DNA of 64,000 bases from an uncultured Actinomycetota bacterium (GCA_963718235.1 CAVQYR010000001.1:1280001-1344000); one strand, 5' to 3'. Positions 40,021 to 49,777 are shown, counted from the stretch's first letter. The notes: generated from the letters alone by a model not told the origin. Made by a program: numbers and translations.

Positions 40021-43000
40021 CGCGACCCACCCAAGGAGTCGTCATCGACCCAGGGGCCGATCGGATTGCCGATCCAGCGGGTCTTGTCGGGTACGAACTC
40101 GCCCCTCATCACCAAGGACACCGGTCCGACGGTAGCGTGCCGACCCAACACGGCTGCTGGAAGGATCACGCTGTTCGGGCCCAGAGTCGAACCCACGCGA
40201 AGGGTGACCCTGTCCATGCTGAGCATGCGGTCATGGAACAGGTGCGTCTGCACCACGCAGCCCTGGTTGATCGTTGCGCCGTCGCGCAGATCGATCAAGT
40301 CCGCCTCCGGCAGCCAGTAGGTCTCGCACCAGACTCCCTTGCCGATCTTCGCCCCCATCGAACGCAGCCACGTGTTGAGCACGGGAGTCCCGATGGCCGC
40401 CCGGGCGAACCATGGCGCGGCAATGACCTCCACGAAGGTGTCCGCAAGCTCATTCAGCCATACGAACGAGCTCCAAAGCGGATGGTCGGACACCCGGAGA
40501 CGCCCAACGAGCAGCCACTTCGCAGCGGTGGTCACCGCAGCGGCAACGGCGCCCGCGACAATGAGCACGACGCCGGACAGAGCTGCCGCGAGGAGCCATC
40601 CCGCATTAGCGGTGAGCAGCTCGAGCGTGACGACGACGCCAAGGCCAATCGCCGCGTAGAGAATCACGGGGACTACCCGCAAGAGCTCGACGCCTGCCCG
40701 CGCCAACCGGAGTCGGGTGGCTGGGTTGTAGGTGCGGCTGTCGTCAATGGTTGCTGACGGTCGTCGCAGCTTCGTGGGTGGACTGCCGATCCACGATGTG
40801 CCGCTCTTGGCCTGTTTCCGTCGTGGTGCGGCTGAGAGAACAGCGACCAAGCCCCTCTTCGGGACCTTCCGGCCCGGGGCCGTCATTCCCGAGTTCCCGA
40901 CGAATGCGTGCTTGCCGACCTTCACCCGCTCGATCCTCAGCCAACCCCCGCTGAGCTCGTACCCACCGAGCAACGTGTCGTCTGCCAGGAAGGCGCCGTC
41001 ATTGACCGACGTGAGGGCAGGAATCAGCAAGACCGTGGACGCCTCGACGTTCGACCCGACCCGCGCCCCGAGCACGCGCAGCCAAGCGGGGGTGAGAGTG
41101 CTGGAGTACAGAGGGAACAACCAGGTACGTGCCTCGTCGAGTACCCGCAGAATCGACCAGGCCTGCCATGCACGACGGCTCTGCACAGGGTGCGGTCCGC
41201 TCTCCAGGCCAAGCGAGAGGAGCCGCACCGACAGCCAGACGAGCAGCGTCAGTGCCAGCATGCCCACCACGACTCCAAGGGGGAGGTAGACCAGTGCTGT
41301 CACGGCGGCGTCATCCAGGGCCGTTGCTGCGCGCAGTGCGGGCACTGCCAAGCCCGCGCCCGCGACCACGGCGACGATGGGGAAGGTCGAGATCAGCACC
41401 GCCATGGCCGCGTAGCCCAGCACCCAGATCGGTCGATTGTGCGGAGCCGCCTCCTCCCAAGGGCCACGCGCCGCGCCGACCGGCCGAGCGGGTGCGCCAG
41501 ACCACGCCTCGTCGGCTGGGACTTCGCCGAAGACGGCGGATCCTGGCGCGATCTCCGCCCCTGCGCCGATCGAGGCGCCAGGAAGAAGCGTGCTGCGAGC
41601 ACCCACCTGAGCGCCTGCACCCACCTCCATCCTCCCCACGTGGAGGACCTCGCCGTCGAGCCAGTGCCCTCGCAGGTCGACCTCGGGCTCGACGGCACAC
41701 CCCGAGCCCAGGGTGAGCAGCCCGGTCACGGGAGGGATGGAGTGAAGGTCGACGTGGTTGCCGACCCTCGCGCCGAGCGCACGCGCGTACTGCCGCATCC
41801 ACGGCGCGCCCGCGAGGTTCGCCGCCCCCATCTCGTCAGCGACGCGCTCCGCGAGCCAGACCCGCAGATGCACGCTCCCGCCCCGGGGATACTCGCCGGG
41901 CGCTACACCGTGCAGCAGTGCTCGCACAGCAGCAGCGGTGAGCAGCATGCGGCCCGGCGGGGAGACCAGCAACAGCCACCCAGCCGCTACCCACCACCAG
42001 GACAGGTACGGAAGCCACGTGACTCCGAACAACGATGCGCCGAGGTTGTTGCCGGCGGCGATCCAGGTGAGCCACCTCAGTCCGGTGATCGTGCGGAGGC
42101 CGAAGGTGAGGGCAACCTGGCCGACCTGGGTCCTCACCGGCACTGGTCGCACGGGTCGGTTGGTCCTCGTCGTCGGGCCAGCCATCAGGTCCAGACTCGC
42201 CGAGAGCCCGCCGATCGTCGGGCTCTCGTAGACATCGGCGACGGTGACCTCCGGAAAGCGCTCACGCAGCCGCGCCACCAGCTGGGCCGCGGTCAGACTG
42301 CCGCCGCCGAGGTCGAAGAAGTCGTCGTTGGGTCCGGTGACCGCGGCGCCCAGGATCTCCATCCACAGGTCCTGGATCCATCCAGCGGTGCCTTCGAGAT
42401 GAGGTCCACCAGCTGCGGAGTCGCCGCCCGCCAGGGGCCACGGCAGCGCATCACGGTCTACCTTTCCGGACGTCTTTGTCGGTATCGCGTCGACCTGCGC
42501 GAGACGGGGCACCATTGCTGCGGGCATGGTCTCGCGCAGCCGTTCAACCGCCGCTCCGGCATCGAAGTGGCCGTCGACGGCTACGTATCCAACCAGCAGC
42601 TTGTTCCCCGAACCGGTGCTCCGCACCGCGGCCGCTGCGCCGGTGACCCCCGGGAGGTCCAGCAGGGCGCTGTCGACCTCACCCAGCTCGATGCGGCGGC
42701 CCCCGAGCTTCACCTGGTCGTCGGCCCGGCCGACGAACACCAGCCCCTCCTCCTCGTACCGGACCAGGTCACCGCTGCGGTAGGCGCGCGACCAGCCAAG
42801 TGTCGGCAGGTCGGCGTACTTCTCGGCGTCCTTCTCCGGGTCCAGGTAGCGGGCCAGCCCGATGCCACCGATGATGAGCTCGCCGGTCTCTCCGGGGTTG
42901 ACGCTCTGCCCAGCCTCATCGACGACCGCGAGGTCCCAACCGTCCAGGGGAAGTCCGATCCGTACCGGTGGCTCGCCGGTCAGCATGGCGGCGCAGGAGA

Positions 43001-43880
43001 CGACGGTGGCCTCCGTGGGCCCGTAGGTGTTCCACACCTGGCGGTCGGAGGACGCGAATCGCGCGCCGATCTCGGGTGGGCACGCCTCGCCTCCGAGGAT
43101 GAGCAGCCGAATGTCGGCAAGCGCCTCGACCGGCCACAACATCAGCAAAGTGGGGACCGTAGAGACCACCGTCACGTCGTTCGCGACCAGCCACGGGCCG
43201 AGATCCATCCCGCTGCGCACAAGTGACCGAGGTGCCGGGACCAGGCATGCGCCGTATCTCCAGGCGAGCCACATCTCCTCGCACGAGGCGTCGAACCCGA
43301 CCGAGAGACCAGCCATCACCCGGTCACCGACCCCCAACGGCCGTTCCTGGAGGTACAGACGTGCCTCGGCGTCGACGAAGCCCGCTGCCGACCGGTGTGA
43401 GACCGCGACTCCTTTGGGTGTGCCTGTGGATCCGGAGGTGAAGATCACCCAGGCGTCATCGTCGTGCTCGGGGGCTGGGGCGGCCACCTCGGCCCTTCGT
43501 GGCCGACGGGTGGCGACCACCAGGTCGTTGCCGATGATCGCGGCGACGTCGGCCTCGTCGAAGACCATCCGTGCGCGCTCATCGGGATCGTCGGCGTCCA
43601 CGGGGACGTAGCACCCACCTGAGAGGAGGACACCCATGATGGCGACGTAGAGGTCGATGGTGCCGGAACTGATCCTGACCCCCACCCGGTCCCCGGGCCC
43701 GACGCCGAGGCCGTTGAGCTCGACGGCAACCTCATCGGCGGCGTCCAAGAACTCTCGGTAGGTGAGGACAGCCGCTCCATTGTCGATCGCCGAAGCGTCC
43801 GGGTACTCCTCCACTGTCGCGCGGAAGATGTCGACCAACGTGCGAGGGGCCGGAGCGTGGGTTGCGCGCAGCAGTGTCAA
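40017..43880 (-). CDS. pls: Pls/PosA-type single-module membrane NRPS (epsilon-poly-L-lysine synthetase-like)
   Basis: A domain FTSGSTGTPKG, FDAS, NTYGPTE, YRSGD, SGKVDR; T domain FFDLGGGSL; three C-like repeats (..LGARVG.., QTHLFHDR) separated by TM helices; no TE. Confidence 0.93.
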   Translation of the reverse strand: MTLLRATHAPAPRTLVDIFRATVEEYPDASAIDNGAAVLTYREFLDAADEVAVELNGLGVGPGDRVGVRISSGTIDLYVAIMGVLLSGGCYVPVDADDPDERARMVFDEADVAAIIGNDLVVATRRPRRAEVAAPAPEHDDDAWVIFTSGSTGTPKGVAVSHRSAAGFVDAEARLYLQERPLGVGDRVMAGLSVGFDASCEEMWLAWRYGACLVPAPRSLVRSGMDLGPWLVANDVTVVSTVPTLLMLWPVEALADIRLLILGGEACPPEIGARFASSDRQVWNTYGPTEATVVSCAAMLTGEPPVRIGLPLDGWDLAVVDEAGQSVNPGETGELIIGGIGLARYLDPEKDAEKYADLPTLGWSRAYRSGDLVRYEEEGLVFVGRADDQVKLGGRRIELGEVDSALLDLPGVTGAAAAVRSTGSGNKLLVGYVAVDGHFDAGAAVERLRETMPAAMVPRLAQVDAIPTKTSGKVDRDALPWPLAGGDSAAGGPHLEGTAGWIQDLWMEILGAAVTGPNDDFFDLGGGSLTAAQLVARLRERFPEVTVADVYESPTIGGLSASLDLMAGPTTRTNRPVRPVPVRTQVGQVALTFGLRTITGLRWLTWIAAGNNLGASLFGVTWLPYLSWWWVAAGWLLLVSPPGRMLLTAAAVRALLHGVAPGEYPRGGSVHLRVWLAERVADEMGAANLAGAPWMRQYARALGARVGNHVDLHSIPPVTGLLTLGSGCAVEPEVDLRGHWLDGEVLHVGRMEVGAGAQVGARSTLLPGASIGAGAEIAPGSAVFGEVPADEAWSGAPARPVGAARGPWEEAAPHNRPIWVLGYAAMAVLISTFPIVAVVAGAGLAVPALRAATALDDAAVTALVYLPLGVVVGMLALTLLVWLSVRLLSLGLESGPHPVQSRRAWQAWSILRVLDEARTWLFPLYSSTLTPAWLRVLGARVGSNVEASTVLLIPALTSVNDGAFLADDTLLGGYELSGGWLRIERVKVGKHAFVGNSGMTAPGRKVPKRGLVAVLSAAPRRKQAKSGTSWIGSPPTKLRRPSATIDDSRTYNPATRLRLARAGVELLRVVPVILYAAIGLGVVVTLELLTANAGWLLAAALSGVVLIVAGAVAAAVTTAAKWLLVGRLRVSDHPLWSSFVWLNELADTFVEVIAAPWFARAAIGTPVLNTWLRSMGAKIGKGVWCETYWLPEADLIDLRDGATINQGCVVQTHLFHDRMLSMDRVTLRVGSTLGPNSVILPAAVLGRHATVGPVSLVMRGEFVPDKTRWIGNPIGPWVDDDSLGGSR

Positions 43881-43991
43881 GGAGTCCTCGCAAGTGGGAT
43901 CCGTCTTGGCGTCCTTCGATTATCGCGGCTGTGTCTGATGCTCTCGCGGATGGGTGCTTGGAGGCCGGTGGTTTGGATGGCTGGCCCCGCG

Positions 43992-44444
43992 TTAGTGGGT
44001 TACCGCGAATCCGAGGAGTGCTCCGAGGTCCTCGCACTCCTTCAGGTCGTCACGGGTCGGCTCACCGGTGACGGACACGTCAGGCGCCACCTGCTTCCAG
44101 CCCAGGCCGCCGACGATGGTGTGGATCGAGCGGAGAGCTCCTGCGGTGTCGTCGTTGCCGTGCACATAGATGCCATACGGCTTTCCGGTGGTGACTTCCA
44201 GGCACGGGTAGTAGATCTGGTCCAGAAAGTGCTTCAGCGCCCCCGACATGTAGCCGATGTTGGCCGGCGTCCCGAGGATGACACCGTCCGCTGCCAAGAC
44301 ATCGGCAGGACCGGCTGACAACGCTGCTTTGACATCGACGGTGACGTCCTTGACCTCTGGGTGCCGAGCGCCGCGCAGCACCGCTTCGAGCATGTCCTGA
44401 ACTGCTGGAGACGGTGTGTGCTGAACCACCAGGAGCGTCGGCAC
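43992..44444 (-). CDS. Flavodoxin/WrbA-like FMN-binding protein (intact copy)
   Basis: LLVVQHTPSP, ILGTPANIGYMSGALKHFLD, HGNDDT.GA, C..LG. Confidence 0.85.
   Translation of the reverse strand: MPTLLVVQHTPSPAVQDMLEAVLRGARHPEVKDVTVDVKAALSAGPADVLAADGVILGTPANIGYMSGALKHFLDQIYYPCLEVTTGKPYGIYVHGNDDTAGALRSIHTIVGGLGWKQVAPDVSVTGEPTRDDLKECEDLGALLGFAVTH
44227..44279. repeat. 53-nt direct repeat, copy 1 (att-core-like, inside the flavodoxin gene)
   Basis: aagtgcttcagcgcccccgacatgtagccgatgttggccggcgtcccgaggat; 52/53 identical to 45643-45695. Confidence 0.9.
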
Positions 44445-44580
44445 GAGCCCATGGTGCCTGACAACGTCGGTCGGGGCCAGCGACACCACGACGGGAGGTG
44501 GAGGTTGGCTGAGCCCTTTTCACCAGCAGATGTGTGAGGAAGACTCGAGCATCGTCGGACAGGGCAGCGTTGGAGGCACC

Positions 44581-45543
44581 ATGAACGGGATAACGGTCGC
44601 TGCGATCCAGGCCGCCTATCACCTGATGGACCGGGATCGGACGATTTCCCGGGTTGACGAGTTGTGCTCCGAGGCGGTCGGGCGAGGCGCCCAGCTCGTG
44701 GTGTTCCCCGAGGCATTCGTGCCGGGCAACCCGCTGTGGATTGACGCCTACCCCATCTGGGACGACGACGACGCGTGGTTTGCCCTCCTGGCCGCCAACA
44801 CCGTCGAGATCCCGGGTCCCCACTCGAGTCGTCTCGGTGCGATCGCGCGGAGCCACGGCATCTGGTTGGTCGTCGGCGTCCACGAGCGCGAGCAGCACGG
44901 CGGAACCATCTACAACACCGTGGCCACCTACTCGCCCGAAGGCGAGCTCGCCAACCTGCACCGCAAGCTCGTCCCCACCGGCTCCGAACGGACGGTCTGG
45001 GGGATGGGTGATGGGTCGACGCTGGGTGTTGTCGACATGGGCCCGGTCCGAGTGGGTGGGCTCATCTGCTGGGAGAACTACATGCCGCTCGCGAGGTTCC
45101 ATCAGTACGCGCAGGGAGTTGAGCTCTGGCTGGCGCCGACCTTCGCGACCGGGGACGGCTGGATCGCGACGCTGCGGCACATCGCCCAGGAGAACTCCAT
45201 GTATGTGGTTGGGGTCAACTCGGTCCTTCACGCCGACCAGGTCCCTGCGGAATTCCCCAACCGCGAGCGCCTTACGAGCAGCCCCGTCTTCGCCTCTGAG
45301 GGCGGCTGGCTGGAGGCGGGGAATTCGGTCGTCATTGACCCGTATGGCAAGGTCCTTGCCGGACCAGTACGGCAGAGTGAGGAGATCCTCCTGGTGGACG
45401 TCGACCTGGATCTCGTCCGCAGCGCTCGGCGGATGATTGACCCAGTTGGGCACTACAACCGCCCAGATATCTTCCGCCTACTCGTGGACACCGAGCCGCG
45501 CCAGCCCGTCGTAGAGGCCCGGCTGACGATGTCTGCCGAGTAG
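44581..45543 (+). CDS. Nitrilase (carbon-nitrogen hydrolase, branch 1-like)
   Basis: VFPEAF, HRKLVPT..ER..WG.GDG, LICWENYMP (E-K-C triad), DPVGHY.RPD.F. Confidence 0.9.
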   Translation: MNGITVAAIQAAYHLMDRDRTISRVDELCSEAVGRGAQLVVFPEAFVPGNPLWIDAYPIWDDDDAWFALLAANTVEIPGPHSSRLGAIARSHGIWLVVGVHEREQHGGTIYNTVATYSPEGELANLHRKLVPTGSERTVWGMGDGSTLGVVDMGPVRVGGLICWENYMPLARFHQYAQGVELWLAPTFATGDGWIATLRHIAQENSMYVVGVNSVLHADQVPAEFPNRERLTSSPVFASEGGWLEAGNSVVIDPYGKVLAGPVRQSEEILLVDVDLDLVRSARRMIDPVGHYNRPDIFRLLVDTEPRQPVVEARLTMSAE

Positions 45544-45638
45544 CCCGTTCGCGGCAAGGACGCGATGGGCGGACGGGGCAAGAACCTCTGCCACGGGAAG
45601 TGGGTGCATGATCGTTCCCTCCTCCACCGGCAGTCACC

Positions 45639-45860
45639 TCAGAAGTGCTTCAGCGGCCCCGACATGTAGCCGATGTTGGCCGGCGTCCCGAGGATCAGCG
45701 CGTCAGCCGCGAGCACGTCGGCCGCCCCGCAGGCCAGGGCGGCGCGCACGTCGACGTCGAGTGGACCCAGCTCGGGGTGTCGAGTCCCGCGGAGGACCGC
45801 CTCCAGCAACTCCTGCGTCGCTGGCGACGGGGTGTGCTGAACCACTAGCAAGGTCGGCAT
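45639..45860 (-). pseudogene. 3'-truncated flavodoxin-like gene (5' half only)
   Basis: MPTLLVVQHTPSP...ILGTPANIGYMSGPLKHF*; collinear with the first about 73 aa of 43992-44444; no 3' half follows. Confidence 0.85.
45643..45695. repeat. 53-nt direct repeat, copy 2
   Basis: aagtgcttcagcggccccgacatgtagccgatgttggccggcgtcccgaggat. Confidence 0.9.
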
Positions 45861-45965
45861 CGACCCATGATGCCCCAGGTCGGTGGTCCGGGAGGGGCCG
45901 CACGAGAGCAGCCGCGTGGCGGTGAACGATGACCTAGGGTGGCGTCCCTGACGAACGGGGATGTC

Positions 45966-46586
45966 ATGGTGGAACCTCACCTGGACGCGGTCTACCGGGC
46001 TGGCAGCTCGACCGAGGTCGCCCAGACCTATGACGCCTGGGCCGACACCTACGAGGACGACATGGCGCGCCTGGGGTACCGCCACCCGGCGGTCTGCCTC
46101 GCCCTGCTGTCGCGGCACCTGCCCAGAGGGTCGGGGCCCGTCCTCGACGCAGGCTGCGGGACCGGTCTGGTCGGTGAGTGGCTCGGCATTGTCGGCTACC
46201 CGCAGGTGGAGGGCCTTGACGTGTCTGAGGGCATGCTCGGCGTGGCCATGTCCAAGGGTGTCTACCAACGACTCCACCTCGCGACGCTCGGCAGCGCCTT
46301 GCCCTTCGGCGACGGGCAGTTCAGCGCAGTGGTGTGCGCGGGTGTGTTCACCACCGGACACGTCGGGGCCGACGGCGTCGACGAGCTGGTACGCGTCGTC
46401 CGTACTGGGGGAGTGATCGTCGTGACCGTGAAGGAACGGAGCTGGGCCTCCGGTTTCCAAGCGCACGTCGAGGCACTGGGCACGAGTGGCTCGGTCCGCA
46501 TCGTCGAGCAGACCCAGCCCTACGTGTCGATGCCGGGACACCCGCAGACCGAACCGAGCCGAGCGGTCGTTCTGGGGATCCGATGA
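45966..46586 (+). CDS. Class I SAM-dependent methyltransferase
   Basis: YDAWADTYE, VLDAGCGTG, LDVSEGML, GVFT.GH. Confidence 0.88.
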   Translation: MVEPHLDAVYRAGSSTEVAQTYDAWADTYEDDMARLGYRHPAVCLALLSRHLPRGSGPVLDAGCGTGLVGEWLGIVGYPQVEGLDVSEGMLGVAMSKGVYQRLHLATLGSALPFGDGQFSAVVCAGVFTTGHVGADGVDELVRVVRTGGVIVVTVKERSWASGFQAHVEALGTSGSVRIVEQTQPYVSMPGHPQTEPSRAVVLGIR

Positions 46587-48112
46587 AACCCGACCCGTGG
46601 CGAAGGCAGCATCTTGGGTCGTTGGACGGAGCTGTGGAACACGACCTCGTGCTGCGCGGGGCCCGAACCATCGACCCCGCGAGTGGTCTGGACGCCGTCC
46701 GCGACGTTGCAGTCACCTCCGGACAGATCTCCGCCGTCTCGCCCGCAGGTGCGAAGGACATCTCGAGTCGGGTCGACCTGGACGTCACCGGTTCGGTGCT
46801 GGCACCCGGGTTCATCGACCTGCACAGCCACTGCGACGACCTGCCCTCGCGGTGGCTCCAGGCCTGCGACGGGGTGACGACAGCGCTGGACCTCGAGGCC
46901 GGCGCGCTGCCCGTCGGTCGTGCGTACTCACAGGCGGCACTCGACGGACGCCCGATCAACTACGGGTACTCGGCTTCGTGGGCGCTCGCGCGGATGGCCG
47001 CCTGCGGGCTCGACGCCTCAGGCGGGCTGGGTGAGTTCCTGAGGCTCGTCGATGCCCCAGCCTGGCACCGACCGGTCACCGGACCGGAGCGGCAGGCGCT
47101 GCTCGAGCGCATCGGTGGCGAGCTGGCCGACGGTGCGCTGGGGATCGGCGTCCTGCTCGGCTACTGCGAGGAGTCCGACGCCGGCGAGTACCTGGATGTC
47201 GCACATCTGGCCGCGGCGGCGGGGGTGCCGACCTTCACTCACGTGCGTGAGCTCGGGCGGGTCGACTCGGGGCTGATGGGCGCCGCAGAGGTCGTGACAG
47301 CCGCGCTGGCGAGCGGAGCCCAGATGCACGTGTGCCACGTCAACAGCACCTCGTTGCGCCACGTCGACCAGGTAACCGACCTGATCGGCCGGGCCAGGCA
47401 GCAGGGGCTCAGGGTGACCACCGAGGCCTACCCCTACGGTTCCGGGGCGACCGGGATCGGCGCGGCCTTCCTCGACCCCTCGACGCTGGCGGACCACGGT
47501 GTGCAACCGCATGACATCCGCTACCTGCGCACCGGGGAGCGCCCGGCGACGCACCGGCGGCTGGCCGAGCTCCGTGCCGACGACCCCGGTGGACTGGCGG
47601 TCATCGACTTCCTCGACGAGACGAACCCTGAGGACGTCGGCTTCCTCACCCGGGCCCTTCTGTTCGAGGACACAGCGGTCGCCTCCGACGCCATGCCGCT
47701 GGTGCCGGGGTCGGGCACCCCGGCGGCGGGTGGTGGCTGGCCGATTCCATCGGGTGTGATGACCCATCCCAGGACGGCGGGGACGTTCTCCCGGGTCCTG
47801 CGCTGGTACGTGCGTGAACTGGACCTCCTCTCGCTGCCCGACGCCATCCGGCGATGCACCCTGGTTCCGGCCCAGATCCTCGAGCAAGTGGCTCCCGCGA
47901 TGACTCGCAAGGGCAGGGTGCAGGTCGGAGCCGACGCCGACCTTGTCGTCTTCGACCCCGAACGCGTCAGTGACCAGTCAACCTATGGTGACCCCGTGCG
48001 TCCCTCGACCGGCATCAGGCACGTCCTCGTCGCTGGGGAGTTCGTGGTCCGCGAGGGGATGCTGGACACCTCGTCTCGTCCTGGCGGCCCGGTGCGCGGA
48101 GTCGGCCTCTGA
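46583..48112 (+). CDS. D-aminoacylase/dihydroorotase-like amidohydrolase
   Basis: APGFIDLHSH, DGVTTALDLEAG, HVCHVNS, EAYPY, VASD, HPRTAGTF, GADADLVVFDP; ATGA overlap with the methyltransferase. Confidence 0.88.
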   Translation: MKPDPWRRQHLGSLDGAVEHDLVLRGARTIDPASGLDAVRDVAVTSGQISAVSPAGAKDISSRVDLDVTGSVLAPGFIDLHSHCDDLPSRWLQACDGVTTALDLEAGALPVGRAYSQAALDGRPINYGYSASWALARMAACGLDASGGLGEFLRLVDAPAWHRPVTGPERQALLERIGGELADGALGIGVLLGYCEESDAGEYLDVAHLAAAAGVPTFTHVRELGRVDSGLMGAAEVVTAALASGAQMHVCHVNSTSLRHVDQVTDLIGRARQQGLRVTTEAYPYGSGATGIGAAFLDPSTLADHGVQPHDIRYLRTGERPATHRRLAELRADDPGGLAVIDFLDETNPEDVGFLTRALLFEDTAVASDAMPLVPGSGTPAAGGGWPIPSGVMTHPRTAGTFSRVLRWYVRELDLLSLPDAIRRCTLVPAQILEQVAPAMTRKGRVQVGADADLVVFDPERVSDQSTYGDPVRPSTGIRHVLVAGEFVVREGMLDTSSRPGGPVRGVGL

Positions 48113-48153
48113 CCGGTCGTTCACGGGCGGGAATGGGCGAAGGACGTGCCTGG

Positions 48154-48537
48154 TCAGTCGACGACCACCCGGTGCTCGCCGTCGTCGAGCCAACGCAGCA
48201 CGGCCTCGCGGGACAGCGTGCGTGCGCCGCAGTCGCACCAGGCCGGCAGCGCATCATCGACCGACGGTCCGTCACCTGCCGCCAGCAGGTCGAACCACCG
48301 GTGCGGGTGCTGGTCGCCGCGCGGCTCATCGGGAAGGTCAGACGCGCCGTGCGACCTGGCTCGAACCGGGGCGGCGTAGACCAAGCCGGCGTCAGTCGCA
48401 TACACCGACGCGACGTGGTGGCTGTGCGCACACTGGACACGGAGCCTGATCGCATCGTGTCCGCCGTGCGGCAACTTCGACCAGGCACGCTCGGCCACCA
48501 GGCTGCGGTCATGATGAGTGAGGTTGGACGTCGTCAT
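48154..48537 (-). CDS. Small hypothetical protein, possible Zn-binding
   Basis: C-x3-HH and WCDCG motifs; GGAGG before the ATG. Confidence 0.6.
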   Translation of the reverse strand: MTTSNLTHHDRSLVAERAWSKLPHGGHDAIRLRVQCAHSHHVASVYATDAGLVYAAPVRARSHGASDLPDEPRGDQHPHRWFDLLAAGDGPSVDDALPAWCDCGARTLSREAVLRWLDDGEHRVVVD

Positions 48538-48569
48538 GCCTCCATGGTCGATCGACGTGCAGGTCTGCG

Positions 48570-48923
48570 CTAGGGCTGCAAGTCCCCTTCGAGGATCACG
48601 TACACCTTGCGGACCGGACCTGACTGGGTCCAGGTGCACGGGGTCCCCTTGCGGATGGCGAACCCGTCGCCCGGAGTGAAGACGGACTCATGGCCGTCCG
48701 CGTCGGTGAGCGTGACCTGGCCGGACAGCAGGAAGCACACCTCGTCGACCGGGTAGGCGTCGATCTGTTGGCTGAACGCACCCGCCTCCCACAGGCCCGA
48801 CGTCAGCCTCTCGTCGTGGCCCCGGAAGAGCTCGAGGAACGACGTGCCCGGCTCGTCGGGGTCGGCCGGCAGCTGCTCCGGAGTGACGGTGAGGCGGGCG
48901 ATCCCGGATTCTGGGTGCGTCAC
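48570..48923 (-). CDS. Cupin (DUF861/EutQ-like)
   Basis: SGLWE, DEVCFLLSG.V.L, GD.F.I.KG..CTW...VRKVY. Confidence 0.85.
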   Translation of the reverse strand: MTHPESGIARLTVTPEQLPADPDEPGTSFLELFRGHDERLTSGLWEAGAFSQQIDAYPVDEVCFLLSGQVTLTDADGHESVFTPGDGFAIRKGTPCTWTQSGPVRKVYVILEGDLQP

Positions 48924-49046
48924 GGTGGTGACCTCTCGCTGGTCGTAGCGGGGCTCGGGCTGGGTCGCCGAGACTACGCCGAGGTCTGGCAAGGGCCACC
49001 AGCCGGACCCAGAGCTGGACTCGCAGGTGCGTGAGACCGTGGACTC

Positions 49047-49703
49047 GTGCGCTCTCCAGCCGTTCGTCCTCTGGCGCTGGTGCTTGTCGTGCTGGTCTGG
49101 ATCGGTTCATGCACGGCTGCGCCCCGGGCACACCACCGGGCCGCGCGGCCCGCTCCCACTGCGACATCAACCACGAAGCACCCAACGCCGTCAACGGACG
49201 ACGGTCACCCCACGACAGGCCACCTCAGGCCGAGGGGAGCCACGAGCCGGGGGTGGAGCGTTGGTCGGGTCGTCGACGGCGACACGGTGGTGGTCACCCG
49301 AGGCGTCCGCGAGCTGACCGTTCGGCTGATCGGGATCGACACCCCTGAGACGGTCGCGCCGGGGGAGCCGGTGATGTGCTTCGGGCCACAGGCGACCCAC
49401 TTCGCACAGGGTCGGCTGGAGGGCAGGGACGCGCTCCTGGAGTTCGACCGGAGCCAAGGTCGACTCGACCGGTACGGCCGGACCCTGGTCTATCTCTGGA
49501 CCACCCGGCCCGACGGCTTGGTGATGTTCAACGTGCGTGCAGTCCGGGCCGGCTTCGCCCGGGAGTACACCTACGACTCTCCCTACGTCTGGCAGCGCGT
49601 CATGCGTCGCGCCGAAGGAGTCGCCAGTGCGGCCGATCGTGGGCTCTGGGACAAGAGCACCTGCAACGGCGACATCGAGCAGCCGGACCACCTGACGCAC
49701 TGA
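49047..49703 (+). CDS. Thermonuclease (staphylococcal nuclease-like), exported
   Basis: N-terminal hydrophobic segment; VVDGDT, VRLIGIDTPE, DRYGRTL.Y, RGLW. Confidence 0.9.
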   Translation: MRSPAVRPLALVLVVLVWIGSCTAAPRAHHRAARPAPTATSTTKHPTPSTDDGHPTTGHLRPRGATSRGWSVGRVVDGDTVVVTRGVRELTVRLIGIDTPETVAPGEPVMCFGPQATHFAQGRLEGRDALLEFDRSQGRLDRYGRTLVYLWTTRPDGLVMFNVRAVRAGFAREYTYDSPYVWQRVMRRAEGVASAADRGLWDKSTCNGDIEQPDHLTH

Positions 49704-49777
49704 CCGACCTTCGGCTGGCACGCGTTCGCGGGGCGCATGGGGTTCCGCACGCCGTCGGTCAGGGCTACGGTCCGAGA

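Noticed and set aside
40908-43226. Long antisense ORFs (also 25216-26946, 17938-19467, 11074-12468, 20966-22321)
   Set aside because: Typical high-GC shadow ORFs opposite well-supported genes, with no motifs
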